Source of the DNA: Lingula anatina | Lineage: Eukaryota; Animalia; Brachiopoda | Length of the DNA: 64,000 nucleotides | Reading direction: 5' to 3' | Assembly: GCA_051362555.1 (NCBI GenBank) | Contig: CM120645.1 | Location: 16,926,001 to 16,990,000, forward strand | Shown here: piece by piece, positions 58,458 through 64,000 of the stretch | Position numbering within the stretch: the first letter of the stretch is position 1 | How the letters are laid out: each line of letters starts with the position of its first letter | Translations under genes and position numbers: made by a program | The notes under the pieces: model-generated | Databases searched by the model: none | The model's input: the letters and a program-made list of their open reading frames with translations, nothing else | Told to the model about the DNA's origin: nothing

Positions 58458-60196
58458 ATGTTTTTGTTTACTTGTTTTACAGCCTCTGCGTCTTCTCTTC
58501 TTCTCCTTCTTGCGGTTTGTATATTGCTGCAGATCGTTTTCCACAGAAAGAACAGAAGGTAAAAAAATGCCTGGTTCACAGCTTTTCAATGAAAAATTTA
58601 CTTTATAAAAATCACAAAAGGAGGCATCGATTCTGTCATTTCTAGATATGTCATTGAGACGTGGAAAAGTACATTCAAAATACTTCAAAAATGTATAAAC
58701 TGAGTGCTACGTGTGTATTTCGTTATCAAATTAAACGGAGAAGATTAATGTTTTAACATATGAATAATGTAATATGTACTTTTATGCCCGTTTAAAAATC
58801 ATAATATCTGTCTTTTTTTAACATTTAGTAAAAACATATTATCTGTCTTTTTGAACATTTAGTTCCAAAGTTTCGCCCGTCACAATTTTACAAGTAAAAT
58901 CTGCATGCCAGGACGACGAAAATACAGTGGATACCAAAATGGATGAAGACACTTGCCATTGGGTCACTCGCATCTTCGTAGACATAGAGCGACCAATACT
59001 GATGGACATAATCAAATGGGTTGGTATTGGAATGTTCACTGCTGGACTTTTGTTATCCTCTCCCACAAGATATGCTTTGATCCCACTTATCCTGCATGAC
59101 GTGGCACAAGTCATCCACACGCACAGACTGTATAATAATGAATTTGTGACCCAAGATATCAAACGTGTACACTTCACGCATGCCTTTCTTGGCGGATTCC
59201 CCACTGGAACCACAGCCAAGGTCGTCGGGATTTTCTGGTTGGACGGATTATGGGACAATGGAGATGCCGGTTATGTTATTGCACTTGCACCCCATTCAAT
59301 CCTTGTCCTTGCGTGTTTCCCGATCATGATTTCTGCTTTCATTTTCATGTGCTGCAAGTGCCGTAAATGTAAACTTTGTGGTGATAGAGGGTTCGTGGTT
59401 GTTTGCTGTGTATTTTACGTTGTCTCCAGTATTCTTTGGCTGTTGGGTACATTTCTCTTCATCGCCAGGTCACCGTACGACATGTTTGGCATCACGAAGG
59501 CATGTGCTGCCATCTATCCGATCATCAGACAGGGTTTTGATATGGAACCACCTTTTGCACTTGGCTTTGCATTTGTTTTCCTTGTCGTCCTTATATACAT
59601 TGCCGTCACATACGTGTGCGTTGGCAAAAATGGTATGTCATCAACGAACCTTAAGTTTGTTATGTTTATGAAAACCTTGTGTTTTGCTTATTTTTACCGG
59701 TAATATAGAATCTACATTGGAAGTTCCGCACCAGAAATGAAATTATTTCCACCAAATTTTGAGACATTTGTGCTTTCTATTAAATTTTCTTACCAGGATT
59801 TGAAACTTAAATTTCACGTGATATATCAATTGTCAAATTAAGTGTGGATTTAGTTCATGTTAATTGCATTTAAGCACCATTGTAGAACTCATAACGTTTA
59901 TTATTTTTATTTCAGGAAGATTGTTGAAAGTGTTTCCAGAATTCATAGACGCATGGAGTTTTGCTTGGTCGGCTGTCACGCTGGTCTATTTCATGGACAA
60001 CCCAGGAGCCGCCAGCGCAACCCATATGAAGCTGTACGTGGCGTTGCCATTGCTGATGTCTTGTGTAGTTGGCATTTTCGTTGATGTATTCCGAATTGCA
60101 CATTTTGCCAAAGAGAGGAGAAAATTACATGCAGAATTCGAAGTTACAGTGCAGCAACTGGGGGAAGCTAGCAAGGTACAGTTGTATCAAGAATAA
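58458..60196 (+). CDS. Uncharacterised multi-pass membrane protein, ~380 aa; exons 58458-58558, 58863-59632, 59916-60196
   Basis: Phase-consistent GT-AG joins (AG|T, G|GA). Hydrophobic N-terminus (SLLLLLAVCILLQIVF), about 7-8 further hydrophobic segments, and a juxtamembrane CCKCRKCKLC cluster. The first exon may be internal because there is an acceptor-like tttacag at ~58482. Confidence 0.7.
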
Positions 60197-61241
60197 TATT
60201 CATCGTTGACGTTTTGTGTAATACGTTTTAATGTCGTGTTAATTTTACAAACAAGAAAGTTTTTAATCGCCTATTGACAAAAATGTTTTCAATAATTTAT
60301 TTGAATATTAACCGATGAAATTCATCCTGGACTTTTATATATTTTGACAATTACGCACAATTTTTATACTTCACTATAATTTTTATAATTCAAACTGCAA
60401 ACAATATTTTCAGAAAACGGTTTTAGAGAAAGAAGAAGATTCTGGAATCGAGTCAGCTCCAGTGCCCGTATGTGGAACGTGAACGTCAACGTGCTAAATA
60501 TACTGAGACATTCTTTACAATATAAACCTTTGGTTACTTTATGTAATACTACCACTGACGTGTTTCATCACGCCATTATATCTCTATTACCCCAGCATCA
60601 TGCCCCTGTACAGTTTATCTCCGTTTATTATCGAAAGACCACATGCAAAAATACTGAGAGTTCTTCAAATTCATTGCTAAGAAGAGATACCGCAGGCCAT
60701 TGTTACGCTGACTCGCAGGTAGATGCACTGGGTGTGAAAATGATTTTCTGCCTAAAGTGTACATCTTGCCTACTGCTGCTTTTACTATATTTCACAGGAA
60801 ATTTGTTGTTTATGGAAATAATAGCTGTGGGCTACCAGGAACAGCTGTTCCAAATATAACAGGACGACATGTTTATATACATGTACTAAGCGTCACCACA
60901 GACCAAATGTAGTTACAGTATACAGTGTGTCATGTATATATATTTTGCTATATTAAAAACGCTCTACTATGCTCGATGTCCCAGTCGAATAATAAAAGAG
61001 CGAGTCTTACATGGTGTTACATTATTATGAGGCTGTTTCGCAAAAAATGATCATCAGAGGTATACACTGTAAATGATCCAGCTTGGTGAGGAAATGAAAA
61101 TTGTCAATATTTTTCTAACTTCCAATTGTAATTGGCAATTGTTGACTTGATGACCAAAAACGGATAATATACTCTGAAAAATATGTTGCATATTGTGTTG
61201 GTTAAATGGTAGTATATTGTGTTTCGTGTACCGGCCATAAA

Positions 61242-61475
61242 GAGCGCATTCAGAACATATGATCCGCGGACTAACTGATGGTCTTCTCGCCTCCCCACGC
61301 GCCGTCGCTGCCGGTGCCTAGCAATTAAATCTCGGAGCCTTGATTTTATCCGTTTAATGGCGCGTGTGGAGGCGGGGAGACCATCAGAAAATTAGCGGCA
61401 TCGCTTTTTATGTAGGATCGGCCATATTTAGTCGGCGAATCAGATAGTCCGCGGATAATCTGTTCTGAATGCGCT
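61242..61475. mobile_element. MITE with terminal inverted repeats
   Basis: agcgcattcagaaca..atccgcggacta.ctgat versus atcagatagtccgcggat..tgttctgaatgcgct. Internal inverted repeat ctgatggtct.. / ..agaccatcag. Confidence 0.7.
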
Positions 61476-63640
61476 TAAAAATTCCTACTTGACCCCAGAT
61501 AGACAAATCCGGTCAGACTGAACGCTTTCTAGGTTGGCCACAATTTGTGTTAATTAGCTGTATATTTGTATCTGTCAATACATATAGTTACTACTGTCAA
61601 AGTTTCGGTGTTACATAGAAACGGATCCCATTGCTACAGATGAAAAAAGTAATGGATTTAAACGTCAACATTGGTGAACACAGTACTCAAACACACCTGA
61701 AGCAATATATACTGCCCTACCAAAAAGGTGTCACCTTTATCGCAATGTGTAAAATGATACAGAAAAACAAGTCATGAACCAATGCTTTTTTATTTAATAT
61801 CTAGGATTTTTTCACAAATCTTTACTTATTGTACAACCAGTGAATTAACGAACCATAGTAAAAAAGCGAAGTCACATCTTAGTGTTTTGTGCAGTTTTTG
61901 TGGATTGAAGAAAGCAGCTGACACGTCTGAAATTTCTTGAAATTTTTTCATGGCTTCTGTTCTGAATGCTTTCTTTCTGTACAACGCATTTTCTTGTCGA
62001 GCAAACATAGTTTGACTCACTAAGGTAATTAGGAAGAAAGTAGTCAAAATTTGATCTAGAGTAATATACAGTAATAATCTTGATAACCACGTTCAAAACT
62101 CCTTGTATTGTCAAAAGACACAAAACAAGAAGAGCTCCATTTTACTTAGGGAGCAAAAATGCATCAAACGCTAAAAATCCCCAAGGAAAAAAATATTCAA
62201 TCTTTTTCATTACCTATGTCGATTTATCAAGAACGATGAGGTTTATGACATTTGTCTGCAACTAGAAAACGACGGATACTCAGCACGGAGAGTAAACTGA
62301 AGAGAGATTAATTCTCACATATCAGTTGGCTTAAATTGTTTAGTTTGACTCCTTTGATCGTTTAAGTACGTATTTAAACCAAGATAACAATAACGCATTG
62401 ACACTGATGCAACTCATTAAGCATGCTATTATTCACAAAAATGTTTTAATACCAAGATATTGGCACTCCTGACACTGTCAGGAAAACGCAATCGTCACTG
62501 TGGAAAATGATAAATTTGTTAACATAACATTATCAGGTTAATAACCTCGCTGTAACAGCCCAGGGACGTTCATAGTGGCAGTTCAGAATTTTTGAAATAT
62601 CAGACAACCCAATTTATTTCATGTGTTCTTATATTCCAGATATTTATAGAAACAGTACAATTACTATTTCATATGTGTTTTCTAGATGTGTTATGTGAAA
62701 TTATGCAGCAATGCATGGAGGGCTTTCCCCTTATTCAGCTTGATACAAAACTTAACGTATCGTTTTAAATATACGTTTGTTCATTTATTTATTTATTTAT
62801 TTATGCTTTAAAATAAATAAACCATTTTTTGTTATAAATACTTTTTGCTAATGTTAACACATAAACGTCATGAATTAACGCCGTAAAACTTATCTAATTT
62901 GTCACCTGCTGCCGAACCATGTCACCTGCCAAACATCTTGACACAGTTTTGAATCGTGCGCAACCTGAAAGTAGGCTATCGATAGTGCTCGAAGTGATGG
63001 CGGACGCTAAGGTTAAGGTCTTTTTAATTTCCCCAGATTGTGTCGGGGAAGAAGAATCAAAGATTGTTTAGCCAGAGAAAAGAGTCTCAGGTATGCGCGG
63101 AGAAATTTTTCGCTAGGCATCTTTTAGAGAATTTTACAAAATATGGTCTTAAGTAACGCGAGACTCCCTACCAGTATATGCACAATATTCTAGGCTTATA
63201 TACCAACTGGCTGATGAGTGGTTAGTAATGGAAATTGCTGAAGACCTCAAGAAATATAATTGACTGATTAGCCATCTCCAAGACCCTAATTCTTTCGCCG
63301 CACACATGGCATAGTGCCGATAAGCTTTAAGAAACAGTCATTGCTGCTCGGTTCTCAGGCTGATAGTTGCTACCCAGATAACATAAATTGAAGTGACCAA
63401 TGTTATTGTTAGTCAGGTTCTTCAAGGGCTCGATTGAGAAGTTATTGAATGTACTGCATGTTTAAAAGGGAGTATTCATGCTAACACAAAGGGTTAGAAA
63501 ATTATGATCTTGCTGTCCTAGCTACCGGCATTACCAATCCATAAACTGTCTACACAAAGATTACTACTTACGTATATGTATATCAGTTGCTATATTGACT
63601 AATCTACATATAAAGTTACTTAATAATATTAATAAAATAA

Positions 63641-63641
<1 letters not shown>

Positions 63642-63696
<55 letters not shown>
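63642..63696. repeat. (ATT)n microsatellite
   Basis: Directly visible. Confidence 0.95.
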
Positions 63697-63697
<1 letters not shown>

Positions 63698-64000
63698 CAC
63701 TAAGCTAAAATGGCACATATAATTATGTTGTAGGCTCCTTATACTGCAACCGATATAAATACAAATAAAAAAGTCAATGCATCCCATTGCAGGTACACCA
63801 ACAATGTTAAAGTAATTCAAGCCAGGAATCTGAAAGCATTCAAAGAGCATTAATAGCTTCTTGTTGAACTTACCGGGGGACAATTAAAACTTTTAAAACA
63901 AATTTACTGATAAATAGCCTATATAAAAATCATTATATTCACCGTCCTCTATTGAAACTCGTTAGACAGCCATCTTGACGAACTTGTGCTTTAGCTCGGG

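Noticed and set aside
62919-63400. Coding-looking stretch MSPAKHLDTV../LIYQLADEWLVMEIAEDLKKY
   Set aside because: Multiple stops, no recognisable homology and no consistent splice model. It could be a decayed gene or TE but is unsupported.

Overview
AT-rich, intron-containing animal genomic DNA. The Helentron/HINE-type repeats and gene content suggest a lophotrochozoan such as a mollusc, but the species cannot be fixed from sequence. Hand-spliced genes: GTSE1/PSRC1-family gene (-, runs off the left edge), MANBAL (+), CDC123 (-), vezatin (+), a stathmin-like coiled-coil gene (-) and an unidentified multi-pass membrane protein gene (+). The standout is a complete 24-coding-exon nitric oxide synthase (NOS) gene nested antisense inside a 21.9-kb CDC123 intron. 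It has no PDZ domain, no FMN-domain autoinhibitory loop, no SI insertion and only a 13-aa C-tail, which is an iNOS-like architecture. It also has two paralogous 75-nt first coding segments 4.2 kb apart, each encoding an N-terminal hook. Other notable items: an apparent AT-AA minor-spliceosome intron in vezatin, a GC-AG intron in NOS, two head-to-head gene pairs, a CpG-content switch within CDC123, a rearranged LINE ORF1 fragment bounded by (TA)n, and several satellites and MITEs. All gene models were built by eye and lack transcript support. Protein comparisons are from recalled sequences, not database searches.
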